Of a DNA stretch of 64,000 bases, positions 53,630 to 64,000 are shown in pieces. The DNA lies in assembly GCA_963769025.1 (NCBI GenBank), contig CAVYKI010000003.1, forward strand, positions 768,001 to 832,000, read 5' to 3'. The stretch is from an uncultured Verrucomicrobiae bacterium (lineage in GTDB: Bacteria > Verrucomicrobiota > Verrucomicrobiia > Chthoniobacterales > Chthoniobacteraceae). The notes beneath the pieces are model-generated. The model saw nothing but the letters and a program-made list of their open reading frames with translations. It made no database searches and was not told the origin of the DNA. Positions within the stretch are counted from its first letter, which is position 1. Each line of letters starts with the position of its first letter. The position numbers were made by a program, and so were the translations under genes.

Positions 53630-54370
53630 TGAACGGGGCAGCAAAAACTCCACCGCATCCGCGGACACCCAACCGCGCTGACCGCCGGGCAGACGGCAAT
53701 ACACCCATGCGCCGTGCTCGCCAATCACGCGCAACTGGCTGCCGCCGCGCAGCACTTCGCCCGCCGCGGAATGCTCCGCGGGCTCGGGATGCACATTCGT
53801 CCGGTCGGCGACGACGATGGCCACTTGCCCGCGCTCGGCAGACATCCAGTATATCGCGCCGCCGTATCCCGCAGCGGCCGCCACGCCGAGCACCGACGCC
53901 CAAAATGCCGGGCCGGTCTTTTTCCTCCACATCTGCGATGCGGCGATGAGCATGAAAAGCCATGCACCGCCGAGCGCGAGCGCAGTCGCCGTTGTCGGCG
54001 AAAACCACGTGAGCGCCTTCTCCCACCACGCCTGCTCAAGCAGCCGCGCCCCGGCTTTTTCCCGTGTGAGACGGAGATTCGCCACGGCATCCGGCAGGCG
54101 CGGCCGCAGCACGAGCGCGCGTTCGTAGCTCAGCGCGGCCGGGCCGAGCTTGCCGAGCCGGTAGCACGTGTTGCCGAGATTATAGAGCGCGTTCGCGTGC
54201 AGCCCGCCCGCGAGCGAGCGCTCGTAGGCGCGCAATGCGGCGGCGAAGTCACCTTCCGCATACGCGCGGTTCGCCACGGCAAAATCGCCCTCGGGCCCGG
54301 CGAACGCGCGGGTGCAGAGCGACACCGCGATGAACAGGCAGAGCCATGGAATCCGTGCCAAGCCGCTCAT
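53630..54370 (-). CDS. batE: BatE-like TPR + SH3b protein (reads through into the DUF3108 frame)
   Basis: ANRAY..GDF..A...YE, YNLGNTCY, YERAL...P..DA.ANL; two TMs; SH3b W......G..GWV. Confidence 0.8.
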
Positions 54371-56129
54371 TTCCTCGGGCTCTTTTCAAAGTCGGCGACC
54401 AGTGCCATCACCCGATCCCGCTCGATTGTCGCTGATGCGATCCGATTCCCCTCCTGCGCCGGCGTAGAGCAGCTCGGTGCGCTCCTCGAAAATTTCGCGC
54501 AGCGACTTCGCCGTCTCCGCGTCCAGCTTGCGCGAGCCGAGCAGCGCGTCCGCGTCATCGTCCGGCTGCACGCCGCCGTTCTCCAGTTGCACCTGCATCC
54601 GCATCGCCTTCACCGCCGCGTCCAGCACCTCGGCGCGTCCGGCCGCGCCCCTTGCCTGCGCGAGCAGCGCCGCCCGCTCTCGCCGCAGCGCCGCGATGCG
54701 CGCGAGGTTTTCATCGCTGCGGCGGCGGCGCCACACGAGGAACGCAAACGCAACCGGCACCGGCGCAAACATCACCGAAAAGAAAACCGCGGGCGAAAGC
54801 GACGGACCGAACGTCGCGCTCGCCGGACCGAGGTCCGGAAGGTTCGCCAGGATGTCCCGCTCCGCGGGCGCCTTCGGCTCCGCTTTCGGCGACTGCCGCG
54901 CGTGTCGTCTCGACGGATGCAGGCGCGACCGGCTTCAACGGCTCGCCCTCGACGGTGAGCGGCGCCGGCGCGCTCTTCAGCGTCACGTACTTTTCGCCCT
55001 CGGGATCAAAATAGCTGAACGCGAACACGGGCATCGTCGTTTTCTTCGCCGTCGGCGTCACCGGCAGTTCGAACGTCTTCACGCCCTCCGTCCCCCCGTT
55101 CTCGCTCCCTTGGAAGTTCTGCTTCGCGGAATACGTCGTCCATCCTTCCGGCTCCGCGAGCGGCGGCTGGCCGATGCGATCGAAATTCCCGCTCCCCGTG
55201 ATCGTCAACTTCATGCTCACCGGCTCGCCGATCTTCACGCGGTCCGGCGTGCCCGTCGCCGCAAACTCAAACTTCCCGATCGCGCCGGAAAATCCCTCCG
55301 GCCGTCCCTCGACCGGCAGCGGCTGCACCTGAATCTCGAGCACCGGTGCAGTCACGCTCATTTCCTGCGTCTGCCCGAAGCGCGGCGCGAAGAAATCGAG
55401 GCGCGACTGGTTGCGCCCCATTTTCGACACCGCAAGATTCACCGGCACGGGACCGATGCTCAGCTTCCCGGCCCTCGCGGGCGTCAGCACAGTGGAAAAT
55501 GACACGAGGATGTAGCGCTTTCCGGCCAGCTCCACCTCGCGCTGCGACGGCTTGCCGAGCGGCTGGATGCTGAACCCGTCACCATTGAGCGCCGGGCTGC
55601 TGCGCAAATCCCATCGCGCTTCCGTATTGAGATAAAGCCGGATTTCGAGCGGCGCCACTTCGCCGACATAGAGGTTCCGTTTCGGCAGCGAAATTTTTGC
55701 GAAGGCCAGATCGCCCGCCTCGTTCGCATTCTCACCGGGCGTCACCGTCAGCGTCGCTGGCAGCGTCTTCAGCACGTTCCCGCCCACGCGCACCTCGAGC
55801 GCCGGGATCGTGAACTTGCCCTCGCGCTTCGGGATGAGCGTGTAGGTGTAGGTGACCCTGCGCGACACGTTGCCGTTGATGAAGCTGAGCTGGCTGCTCT
55901 GGCTCGTGCCGCGAAGCTCGAGCCCGTCCACGGCGGGCGCAGGCGGACTGTCCGCCGCGGATTCGCCCTCGATGATCAGGTCATACTCCACCGCCTCGCC
56001 GACGCTCGCAGTGCTCGACGACAAAACTCCGCGCACCTTGGACTCCGCGAACGCCGCGCACAGCGGCAGCAGCATCGCGAGCAGCGTGGCGAGACCGATC
56101 CGGAGCCGGGGAAAAATGTGACGCGTCAT
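54367..56129 (-). CDS. batD: BatD family protein, frameshifted near the C-terminus
   Basis: Signal peptide; TYTLIP..EGKFTIP, YVGE, V.PLP...P..FSGAIGKF, ITGSGN, FSYFDP....Y.TL. Confidence 0.85.
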
Positions 56130-56137
56130 CGTGCTGG

Positions 56138-58219
56138 CTACCAATTCTTGAAAGGCTTGCTCGGGTTTTTCACGGGCTCGTCCTTCGGATCGAGCAGCCG
56201 CACCCGGCGGTCCACGCGCTTCATCGCCTCGAGAATCTGCGCCGCGTCCTTCTCGGTCATGCGCCCCTCCTGCGCGGCCTGCGCCGCCTCTGCGGCCTCC
56301 GCCGCGGGATCCTGCTTCTCGGGGTCTTGCTGACCCGGATTCGCCGCCTTCACCTCGCCGGACTTCTGTTTGTCGTCCGCGCCATCCTTCGGCTGCGGCT
56401 GCGGCTTGTCCCCCGGTTTTTCATCGGGATTCTGCTGCTGCGCATCTTTCTTCTCGGCGCCGGGCTCGTCCTTTCCATCCTTCTGCTGCCCGTCGGATTT
56501 TTGCTGCTGCGAATCCTTCTTCTCCTGCCCGTCCTTCTGCTGGTCGTCCTTGCCGCCGTCCTTCTTTTCCTGCTCCTTCTTATCGTCCTTCGGATCCTTG
56601 CCAGAGCCATCTTTCTGCGAAGCGTCGGGATTCTGCTTTTGCGGATCATCCTTCCCGTCCTTCCCGTCCTGTGAGGAGTCCTGCTTGTCCTGATCCTTCT
56701 TCTCCTGGTCCTTCTTCTCCTGGTCCTGCTTTTCCTTTTCGTCCTTTTTTTCGTCCTCCTTCTCCTTCTGTTCCTCCTTTTCCAGCTCGGCGATGAGCTT
56801 CGTGACGATCTCCCGGTTGTGCTGCGCGTCCTCGTGCTTCGGCTCCGACTTCAGCACCTCGTCGTACTGCCGCACCGCATCCTTCAGGCTGCCAATCTTG
56901 TCCGCCTTCTTCTCCAGCGCCACCGCGCGGCGGGCGATCGTGTTGGCAAGATTGTAAGCGGCGCGGTTCTTCAGTTCCGGCGGCGCGGTGCCCAGCGCCT
57001 TGCTGAATGCCGCCGCCGCCCGCGCGTAATCTCCCAGCTCGTATGCCGCAGCGCCCGCATCGAAATGCAGCTCCGCGCCGTCCCGTCTCTTCAGCTCGCT
57101 GTCGAATTCCCCGAGCGAGCCCGCGTAGTCCTTCGCCTCGAATTTCTCAAGGCCCGCGTGGCGCGCCTCGGTGCGCGCCGCGAGAAGCACGAGTGCCGCG
57201 GTCGCGACCTTCGTGAGCTTCGCGACACGCCGCGTTTCCCCCAGCAGCAGGCCCGAGGCGATTGCCGCAAGCGATGCCGCAAGCGGCCACTGGTAGCGCT
57301 CGATGGGCACCTTTGAGAATCGTGCGTCTGTTTCGCGTTCTTTCATTTTGCCGAGGCCGTCGCGGACGATTTGCTGCATCTCCGCCGGACCGCTTCTGAG
57401 CGCAACGTAGAAGCCCCCGCCCGCTTCCGCAACTTCCCGCATGCGCGGCTCGTCGAGCGTCGATCTCACATACTGGCCCCGGTCGTCGCGCAGGAATTCC
57501 GTGCCGCCGCCCGGCGTCGGCACCGGAATCAGCGAACCTTCGGGCGAGCCGAGGCCCACCGTGAAGATGCGGAACCGATCCTTATGCTCCCGCGCCGCCT
57601 CGATCGCATCCGCCTCCAGCTCCTCGCCGTCGGAAAAAATGATCAGCGCCCGGTGCTCGCTCTCGCCCTTGCCGAATGCCTCGTCCGCCGCCTTGATGGC
57701 CTCGGCGAGATTCGTCCCGCCGCGCGGGATGATTTCGGTGTCGAGTTCCTGCAGGGTCTCGCGCACCGCGCCGAAGTCCGACGTCAGCGGCGCCTGCAAA
57801 AACGACGAGCCGGCAAACGCAAGCAGTCCGACGCGGTCCCCTTCGACCTGGTTCAGCAGATCCTCCGCGGCGAGCTTCGCGCGGGTGAGGCGGTTCGGCA
57901 GGAGGTCCGTCGCGAGCATGGATTTCGAGGTGTCGATCGCAAAGATGATGTCGCGTCCGCTCTGCCTTTTCTCCTCCCACGTGAAGCCCCACTGCGGCCG
58001 CGCGAGCGCGACCAACGCAAGCCCGACACCGAGCAGCAGCAGCGCATAACCCCAGCGCCGACGCGCAAGGCTCACGCTGCCCGCGAGCCTCGGCTGCAAC
58101 CGCGCCGCGATGAGCCGGTCGAGCGCGATGCGCCGGGATTTCTCCGCGTGGAAAAGCAGCGCGGCGAGAAGCGGCAGCGCTGCCAGCGCCCACAGGAACA
58201 GCGGATGGGCAAAACGCAT
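56138..58219 (-). CDS. BatB/BatC-type VWA + TPR protein with Q/E/K/D-rich tail
   Basis: ALARPQWG, DTSKSMLA.D..PNRL (MIDAS), SDGE, TPRs, low-complexity linker, A.QIL..M...KNW end. Confidence 0.88.
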   Translation of the reverse strand: MRFAHPLFLWALAALPLLAALLFHAEKSRRIALDRLIAARLQPRLAGSVSLARRRWGYALLLLGVGLALVALARPQWGFTWEEKRQSGRDIIFAIDTSKSMLATDLLPNRLTRAKLAAEDLLNQVEGDRVGLLAFAGSSFLQAPLTSDFGAVRETLQELDTEIIPRGGTNLAEAIKAADEAFGKGESEHRALIIFSDGEELEADAIEAAREHKDRFRIFTVGLGSPEGSLIPVPTPGGGTEFLRDDRGQYVRSTLDEPRMREVAEAGGGFYVALRSGPAEMQQIVRDGLGKMKERETDARFSKVPIERYQWPLAASLAAIASGLLLGETRRVAKLTKVATAALVLLAARTEARHAGLEKFEAKDYAGSLGEFDSELKRRDGAELHFDAGAAAYELGDYARAAAAFSKALGTAPPELKNRAAYNLANTIARRAVALEKKADKIGSLKDAVRQYDEVLKSEPKHEDAQHNREIVTKLIAELEKEEQKEKEDEKKDEKEKQDQEKKDQEKKDQDKQDSSQDGKDGKDDPQKQNPDASQKDGSGKDPKDDKKEQEKKDGGKDDQQKDGQEKKDSQQQKSDGQQKDGKDEPGAEKKDAQQQNPDEKPGDKPQPQPKDGADDKQKSGEVKAANPGQQDPEKQDPAAEAAEAAQAAQEGRMTEKDAAQILEAMKRVDRRVRLLDPKDEPVKNPSKPFKNW

Positions 58220-58224
58220 GTCGC

Positions 58225-59238
58225 TCACGGCACGGTCCTCCAGAGCGTCTGCGTAAGGATTGCATGCAGCGCCGCGAGCGCCACGCCCGCGCCGATGAAC
58301 CACTGGAAAATGTCCTTCCAGTCCGTCTTCCGCTTCAGCTTCACCTCGGTCTTTTCCAGCTTGTCGATTTCCTCGAAAATCCGGTTCAGCGAATTGGTAT
58401 CCATCGCGACGAAGAATTTCCCATTGCCGATCTCCGCCACCTTTCGGAGCTGCCCCTCGTCCACCGTCACGTTGATGGTCCGGTAAACCTTGTTGCCGAA
58501 AAAGTCGCGCCCCACCGGGAACGGCGCAGTGCCGTTCGTGCCCGCGGCGATGGTGTAGATTTTGATGCCCAGCGTCTTCGCGGCCTCCGCAGCGGTCGCG
58601 GGCGGGACCGTCGTCACCGTCTCGTCGCCGTCGGTGAGCAGGACGATGATCTTGCTCTTCGCCTGCTTGTCCTTGAGCCGGTTCGCCGCGCTCGCCAGCG
58701 CCGAGCCGATGGATGTGCCGTCCTCGACGAGGCCCACGCGGAGCCGTTCGAGATTCTTCAGCAGCCAGTCGTGGTCGAGCGTGAGCGGGCTCACGAGATA
58801 AGGACGGCCGGCAAATGCGATGATGCCGATGCGATCATTCGGCCGCCCCTCGATGAAGCGCTTCGTCACGTCCTTCACGACCTCGATGCGGCTCGCGCGG
58901 TCATTTCCGAGCGTGAAGTCCTCCGCCTGCATCGAACCCGACACATCCAGCTCCAAGATGATGTCCACGCCGCTCGACTCGATCGTTTCCTGCGTCTTGC
59001 CGAGTTGCGGCCGGGCGAGCGCCACGACGAAACACGCGAGCGACGCGCAAATGATGAACGAGCGGAATCCGCCAGCGCCCGACCGGCGCTGACGCGCAAA
59101 GCCACGCAGCGGCTGGATGAACGAAAACCGGATCGCTGGCGAAGGTCCGCGCCCGCCCTGAAGCCACGCAATGACGGGAATGAGAATCAGCGCGAGCAGC
59201 CACCACGGCTGCGCAAAGCCATACGCGTCGAACTTCAT
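58225..59238 (-). CDS. batA: BatA VWA-domain protein
   Basis: ALARPQ, DVSGSM.AED, DRIGIIAF, SPLTLDH, GTSIG, LLTDG, IDKLEK. Confidence 0.9.
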   Translation of the reverse strand: MKFDAYGFAQPWWLLALILIPVIAWLQGGRGPSPAIRFSFIQPLRGFARQRRSGAGGFRSFIICASLACFVVALARPQLGKTQETIESSGVDIILELDVSGSMQAEDFTLGNDRASRIEVVKDVTKRFIEGRPNDRIGIIAFAGRPYLVSPLTLDHDWLLKNLERLRVGLVEDGTSIGSALASAANRLKDKQAKSKIIVLLTDGDETVTTVPPATAAEAAKTLGIKIYTIAAGTNGTAPFPVGRDFFGNKVYRTINVTVDEGQLRKVAEIGNGKFFVAMDTNSLNRIFEEIDKLEKTEVKLKRKTDWKDIFQWFIGAGVALAALHAILTQTLWRTVP

Positions 59239-59774
59239 GGCCGCGCCCCCTGCACAAATGCCGCCGCGGCGCCGAGCAGCTCGCTGTTTTCCTCCGCGTG
59301 CGCCTCGACGCGCGCAAACTTGAGCATGTCGCAGCGTTCGAGGAACGTCGCGAGCAACGCCTTGTCCCCTTCGGAAAACCGCGCCGATTCCGCGATGCTT
59401 GCGAGGAATTCCGGCGATGTCTGCGTCGTCGCATGCAGGGCAAACTGTCCGCTCACGTACGTGCGCAGCACGTCGGAGACCCGCACGCTGAACGCGTAGG
59501 GATCGAGTTCGCGGATGTGCGCGCGCAAATCCTCCAGCGCACGCAGCGCGATTTGCCGCGGCGTCGGCGGAGGCGCGGCGGGCTTGCGGCGGACGAGCCA
59601 CACGATGAACCACACGAGCAGCGCGAGCGCGATGACCGCACCGATGCCAATCGCCCACCACACCCACGGCGGCCACGGCACGTCCACCGGCGGCGCATTT
59701 TCGCGCAGACCCGCAAGCGGATCGGGCACGGGCGCTGCCGGAGGCGGAGCGGATTGGATCGCGGCGAGGATCAT
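59235..59774 (-). CDS. DUF4381-like membrane protein of the Bat operon
   Basis: One TM followed by AL..LE.L, LRTY, TSPEFL, CD..KFA. Confidence 0.75.
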   Translation of the reverse strand: MILAAIQSAPPPAAPVPDPLAGLRENAPPVDVPWPPWVWWAIGIGAVIALALLVWFIVWLVRRKPAAPPPTPRQIALRALEDLRAHIRELDPYAFSVRVSDVLRTYVSGQFALHATTQTSPEFLASIAESARFSEGDKALLATFLERCDMLKFARVEAHAEENSELLGAAAAFVQGARP

Positions 59775-60660
59775 CCCATTGAGAGCCGGTGCTCGCGCGT
59801 GCTGAAGAAGCGGCGCAGCGCGGGCACGTAGTCCTGGTTCGTCTGCAACGTGATGGTGTCCACGCCGAGGCGCCGGAAGCCGGACGGCAGATCATCATGC
59901 CAGCCGCCGACCTCGCGAGGCGTAGCGCACGCGCGTCTTGCGGTCGGAGGTGTCCACGAGCACGCGCTCGCCGGTCTCCGCGTCCTCGAGGACGATGCGG
60001 CCCACGTCGGGCAGTTCGAGTTCGCGCGGGTCCACGATGGTCATCGCGACGAGGTCGTGGCGGCGCGCGGTGACGCGCAGTTGCTTGCCGTAATCCGGCG
60101 CGTGGAAATCCGAGAGCATGAGCACGACCGAGCGGCGGCTCGTGACGCGGTTGAGAAATTCCAGCGCGCCCGCGAGGTCGGTGCCGCGGCCCTTTGGCTC
60201 GAAGAACAGGATCTCGCGGATGATGCGCAGCGAATGTCCCCGGCCCTTCCCCGGCGGGATGAACAGCTCGACGTGATCGGAAAACAGGATGCAGCCGACC
60301 TTGTCGTTGTTGCGGATGGCGCTGAACGCAAACACGCACGCGACCTCCGCGGCGAGTTCGCGCTTGCTGAGATGCACGCTGCCGAATTCGCCCGACGCGC
60401 TCACGTCCACGACGAGCATCACCGTCAGCTCGCGCTCCTCGGTGAATTTCTTGATGAACGGCATCGCCCATGCGCGCCGTGACGTTCCAGTCAATCGCCC
60501 GCACGTCGTCGCCCGGCTGATACTCGCGCACTTCCTCGAAGTTCATCCCGCGCCCCTTGAACGCGGAACGGTACTGCCCGGAAAAAGCCGTCTGCACGAG
60601 CCCACGGGTCTTCAGCTCGATGTGGCGGATCTTTTTGAGAATGTCGCGCGCGCTGTCCAT
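59771..60660 (-). CDS. DUF58 family protein, frameshifted
   Basis: YRSAFKGRGMNFEEVREYQPGDDVRAIDWNVTAR, EERELTV, DVSASG.FGS, SDF, D.ETG. Confidence 0.88.
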
Positions 60661-60669
60661 GCGCAGTTC

Positions 60670-61656
60670 CTACGGCACCGGAAGCGTCGCGAAGACCTTC
60701 TCCACGATCTTCTCGCTCGTGAGGTTTTCCGCTTCCGCCTCATACGTAATCGCCACGCGGTGGCGCAGCACGTCGAGGCCGATGCTTTTCACGTCCTGCG
60801 GCGTCACGTAGCCGCGGCCGCTCAGGAAGGCGCGCGCCTTGGCTGCGAGCGTGAGGGCGATGGTCGCGCGCGGGCTCGCGCCCCAGCGGATGAGGCCGGC
60901 CATCTGCAGCTTGTAGGCGGCGGGCTCGCGCGTGGCGAAGACGATGTCCACGATGTAGTCCTTCACGCGGTCGTCCATGTAGATGCTGTTCACGAGTTCG
61001 CGGGCGCGGATGATTTGGTCGGGGTCCACGACGGCGTTCACGTTCAGCTTCGGCGCGCTCGTGCCCATGAGGTCGAGGATTTGCCGCTCCTCCACTTTGC
61101 TCGGGTAGGTGATGTTGAGCTTCAGCATGAAGCGGTCGAGCTGCGCCTCGGGCAGCGTGTAGGTGCCTTCCTGTTCGAGCGGGTTTTGCGTCGCGAGCAC
61201 GAGGAACGGGTCGGGCAGCTTGAACGTCTGATCGCCGATCGTCACCTGCCGCTCCTGCATCGCCTCGAGCAGCGCGCTCTGCACCTTCGCGGGCGCGCGG
61301 TTGATTTCGTCCGCGAGGATCAGGTTGCGAAAAATGGGGCCCTGCTTCGTGGTGAACGCGCCTTCGCGGGGATTGTAGACCAGCGTGCCGATGAGGTCCG
61401 CCGGCAGCAGATCCGGCGTGAACTGGATGCGCCGGAAGCCCGTGTGAATCGCCGCGGAGAGCGTCTTCACCGCGAGCGTCTTCGCGAGGCCGGGCACGCC
61501 TTCGAGCAGGACGTGCCCATTCGTGAGCAGGCCGACGAGCAGGCCATCCACGAGATATTTCTGCCCGACGACCACGCGCCCCACCTCCTGCTGGAGGGCG
61601 GTGACCCAATGGCTGTGTTCCTTGACGCGGTCGGTGATTTCCTGGGTGCTGGTCAT
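60670..61656 (-). CDS. moxR: MoxR family AAA+ ATPase
   Basis: HVLLEGVPGLAKT, RIQFTPDLLPAD, LADEINRAPAKVQSALLEAM, ATQNP.EQEGTY.LPEAQLDRF, GASPRA. Confidence 0.96.
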   Translation of the reverse strand: MTSTQEITDRVKEHSHWVTALQQEVGRVVVGQKYLVDGLLVGLLTNGHVLLEGVPGLAKTLAVKTLSAAIHTGFRRIQFTPDLLPADLIGTLVYNPREGAFTTKQGPIFRNLILADEINRAPAKVQSALLEAMQERQVTIGDQTFKLPDPFLVLATQNPLEQEGTYTLPEAQLDRFMLKLNITYPSKVEERQILDLMGTSAPKLNVNAVVDPDQIIRARELVNSIYMDDRVKDYIVDIVFATREPAAYKLQMAGLIRWGASPRATIALTLAAKARAFLSGRGYVTPQDVKSIGLDVLRHRVAITYEAEAENLTSEKIVEKVFATLPVP

Positions 61657-61868
61657 GTGTGCGCGGAGTGAGAGGCGGAGTGAAAGGGGCGTTTTGTCTA
61701 AATGGAAACGACGGTGCGGGGAAGCGCGTTTGCGGCAATCCCCCAGACCGCGGCGCGAGGCAACTGGTTTGAACCGCAATTACGCCGAGGCACGAAGGAA
61801 CGCGGGGCCGACCAGCCGGCCAAAGGAGGAGATCGATCCTACTTTCCGCTCGACGGCACCGCAGGCGC

Positions 61869-63413
61869 TCAGGCTTCCCCGAGCAGCTCCTTTGCGGCGC
61901 GATTGCCGCTCTCGACTCCGCCGCACATGAAGCCGGAGAAATCGGCGCTCGTGTGTTCGCCGGCGAAGAGGAGGTTTCCGTCGAGCTCGGGCGTGGCGCA
62001 GTGTTCCAGCATCGCGGTGTACTGGCCGACGAGCGGGCACGTGTAGGAGCCGAGGACGAATTTCTGCGTCGGCCAGTGCATCATGATGCGCTTGCCGAGA
62101 TAGTCCGCTTCCATGCCGGGGAAGATCTTGTCGAGCTCCTTGAGCGTGGTGTCGAAACGGGTGTCGGGCGAGGCATCCGCCGCGGTCTTGCCGCCGAGGA
62201 AGTTCACGATGATGCCGGCCGGGCCCTCCTGTCCGCGGCTGCACTCCCAACAGGCCTGGAAGGTCTGGTCGGTGTACGCGCTCCCGTTGTTCACCGGGTT
62301 GGCCTTGCGCCAGAGGCGGCCCTTGAAGGCGAGCATCGCCTTCGTGTTGTTGCCGTAGCCGAGTTCCTGGATGGCCTTCAGCTTCTCCTTGCTGAGCCCG
62401 AGTTTCTCGATGCCGGCGACGCGGCCGCCGCGAAGCATGGTGAAGGGCAGCGTGCAGATCGTCTTTGCGAAGGTGGCCTCCTTGTAGCCTTTCGGCGTGT
62501 CAAAGGTGAGCTGCAGCTTGCCTTTCACCGCGGCGATGGCGGTGAGCTTGTGCTGCATGTGGATGGTCACTTTCCCGTCGAGCGCTTTCGCGAGCGCCTC
62601 GATGATCCGGCTGTTGCCGCCCGCGATGCGCTTGGATTCATCGCTCTCGCCGAACATCTCAAAGCCGTCCTTTGTGTCCGGCGAAAGGTAGGTAATGAGG
62701 TTGAGCGCCGACTGCTCCTTTGTCGCGCGGCCGTACTCGATCTCATACGCGACATCGATCATGTGGATCACCCAAGGCTCCACCTTGCCCTTAAAGGACT
62801 GGAGGTATTCGTGGATGCTCATCAGGTCGAATTTCTTCGCCTTGTCGGTGTAATTTTCCTTGTCGTCCTCCAGCCCTTCCGCGTCCTCCGCGAGCTGTTT
62901 TCCGAGGGGCTCAAAGGCGGGGATCAGTTCCTTGTCGGTGCGGATTTTGCCCTCGAAATGGTAGTACTCCACGCCCGGGTCGCCCTCCTTGAGCTCCTGG
63001 ATCTCGACGCCGAGTTCCTTCGCCAGTGCGATCAGGTCCTCGTGGTTGGAATCCACCAGTTCGCCGCCCAATTCCGTGAACATGGGCTTGCCGGCATTCT
63101 GGTCGGCCGGGATGAATCCATCCAGCGTGAGGATGCGCCCGCCGAGCCGGTTGCTGCCTTCGAAGAGCTCGACCTTCGCACCCGCCTGCACGAGCCGGAG
63201 CGCGGCGGTGAGCCCGGCGACGCCGGCACCGATGATGGCGACCGGGGCCTTTGGCGCCGCGGCGCGGCTGGCCCCGGCGGCGAGCAGTGTGGCGGTGACG
63301 GCGGCCGCGGATCTCCCGAGGAATTGCCGGCGGCTCAGGCCGGCCGCGTGCGGGGCGGCGGATTGGCGGAGGGCGCGGATGAGTTTGCGGAGGAGTGGCG
63401 TGTGTGGAGTCAT
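61869..63413 (-). CDS. Tat-exported flavin monoamine oxidase family protein
   Basis: SRRQFL Tat motif; IIGAGVAGL; E...R.GGR; ELGGE; FAGEHT; M.GGVESG.RAA. Confidence 0.9.
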   Translation of the reverse strand: MTPHTPLLRKLIRALRQSAAPHAAGLSRRQFLGRSAAAVTATLLAAGASRAAAPKAPVAIIGAGVAGLTAALRLVQAGAKVELFEGSNRLGGRILTLDGFIPADQNAGKPMFTELGGELVDSNHEDLIALAKELGVEIQELKEGDPGVEYYHFEGKIRTDKELIPAFEPLGKQLAEDAEGLEDDKENYTDKAKKFDLMSIHEYLQSFKGKVEPWVIHMIDVAYEIEYGRATKEQSALNLITYLSPDTKDGFEMFGESDESKRIAGGNSRIIEALAKALDGKVTIHMQHKLTAIAAVKGKLQLTFDTPKGYKEATFAKTICTLPFTMLRGGRVAGIEKLGLSKEKLKAIQELGYGNNTKAMLAFKGRLWRKANPVNNGSAYTDQTFQACWECSRGQEGPAGIIVNFLGGKTAADASPDTRFDTTLKELDKIFPGMEADYLGKRIMMHWPTQKFVLGSYTCPLVGQYTAMLEHCATPELDGNLLFAGEHTSADFSGFMCGGVESGNRAAKELLGEA

Positions 63414-63468
63414 ACCGTGGTGGTTGGTTGTGAGTTGGGTTTTGGGAAAAGCGGGACCGGCGTGAGCT

Positions 63469-63927
63469 TCAGGGCAGGCGGAGATTTTTCGCCGTGAGCT
63501 CTTTTTGCAAGGAATCTGCGACGGGCTTGGGGAGGAAAATCTGGTCGCCGGCGAGGGCGAGGTAGGTGCCCGATTCCGTCGCGACCGCAGTGCCGGTGGA
63601 GTCTTCGAGCAGGCGATTCACGAGGCCGTTGGCGTGTTTCGATTTGGCGGGGATTTCGGCGAGCGCCGCAGTCCGGACCGACTGCGCATCGCAAAGGATG
63701 ACCCCCTGGAATGCGACCATGCCGCCCAGGATGAGCACGTAGATGAGCAGGATGTGCTTTGGGAGGACGACGCGCCGCTTCTTCAGAAACCGATACAACA
63801 GCAGCCCGGCCACCGCGCACACCGCGATGATCAGCACCGCGGTGATCAGCCTCGGCAGGTACGCCGCCGAGACCTCCGCGCGGAATGCCTCGTCGAAGAC
63901 CGCGGTGAAATCAGGCGCCTCTTTCAT
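63469..63927 (-). CDS. Hypothetical membrane protein (2 TM)
   Basis: Two hydrophobic helices; ATG at 63927 just after the upstream terminator. Confidence 0.6.
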   Translation of the reverse strand: MKEAPDFTAVFDEAFRAEVSAAYLPRLITAVLIIAVCAVAGLLLYRFLKKRRVVLPKHILLIYVLILGGMVAFQGVILCDAQSVRTAALAEIPAKSKHANGLVNRLLEDSTGTAVATESGTYLALAGDQIFLPKPVADSLQKELTAKNLRLP

Positions 63928-63937
63928 GGTGTCGGGC

Positions 63938-63975
63938 AAAAAAAGGGAGGCGGCCATCGCTGACCGCCTCCCTTT
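63938..63975 (-). terminator. Rho-independent terminator of an upstream minus-strand gene
   Basis: Minus strand aaagggaggcgg-tcagcgatgg-ccgcctccc-ttttttt; a TAA at 63990-63988 lies just upstream. Confidence 0.85.
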
Positions 63976-64000
63976 GTTGCAATTGGTTTACTCGTCGTTG

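Noticed and set aside
56330..56790. Repeat array or CRISPR-like region
   Set aside because: Low-complexity coding sequence (DQEKK/QQKDG) of the BatB/C linker; no constant repeat with unique spacers.
58225..60660. 811-aa DUF58-BatA fusion ORF
   Set aside because: The middle is out-of-frame sequence running across the DUF58 remainder and the DUF4381 gene; BatA has its own ATG at 59238.

Overview
High-GC bacterial DNA, most likely Verrucomicrobiota (Chthoniobacterales/Pedosphaerales-like); this is inferred from gene families and repeat style, not from a marker gene. Housekeeping genes at the left end (htpG 3' part, rpmE, prfA, tal) are followed by a ~35 kb surface-glycan locus (about 4-39.6 kb). 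That locus holds an exosortase/EpsI pair, three GT-C-like membrane proteins, about nine GT2/GT4 glycosyltransferases, six SAM methyltransferases, Wzx, a Wzy-like protein, two DUF362 proteins flanking a CapK/PaaK-like ligase, and a six-gene nucleotide-sugar cassette. The cassette (second transaldolase, GHMP kinase, Gfo/Idh/MocA, SDR, Cys-less UDP-Glc-dehydrogenase-like protein, epimerase) matches, family for family, much of the lincosamide GDP-octose pathway (LmbR/P/Z/L/M). It is the best candidate here for an undescribed system: a C8 (or C7) sugar pathway feeding a cell-surface glycan. The right half carries cysI, a MocR regulator with a small candidate target, alaS with a ~300 bp foreign-looking insert, tspO, DAHP synthase, a porin + monoheme cytochrome c pair behind Fur-box-like sites, icd, the MoxR/Bat operon and a Tat-exported flavin amine oxidase. 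Many genes, including essential alaS, carry clustered single-base frameshifts. I read these as long-read consensus errors, so boundaries of those genes are reconstructed by eye. No rRNA, tRNA, CRISPR array or transposase was seen.
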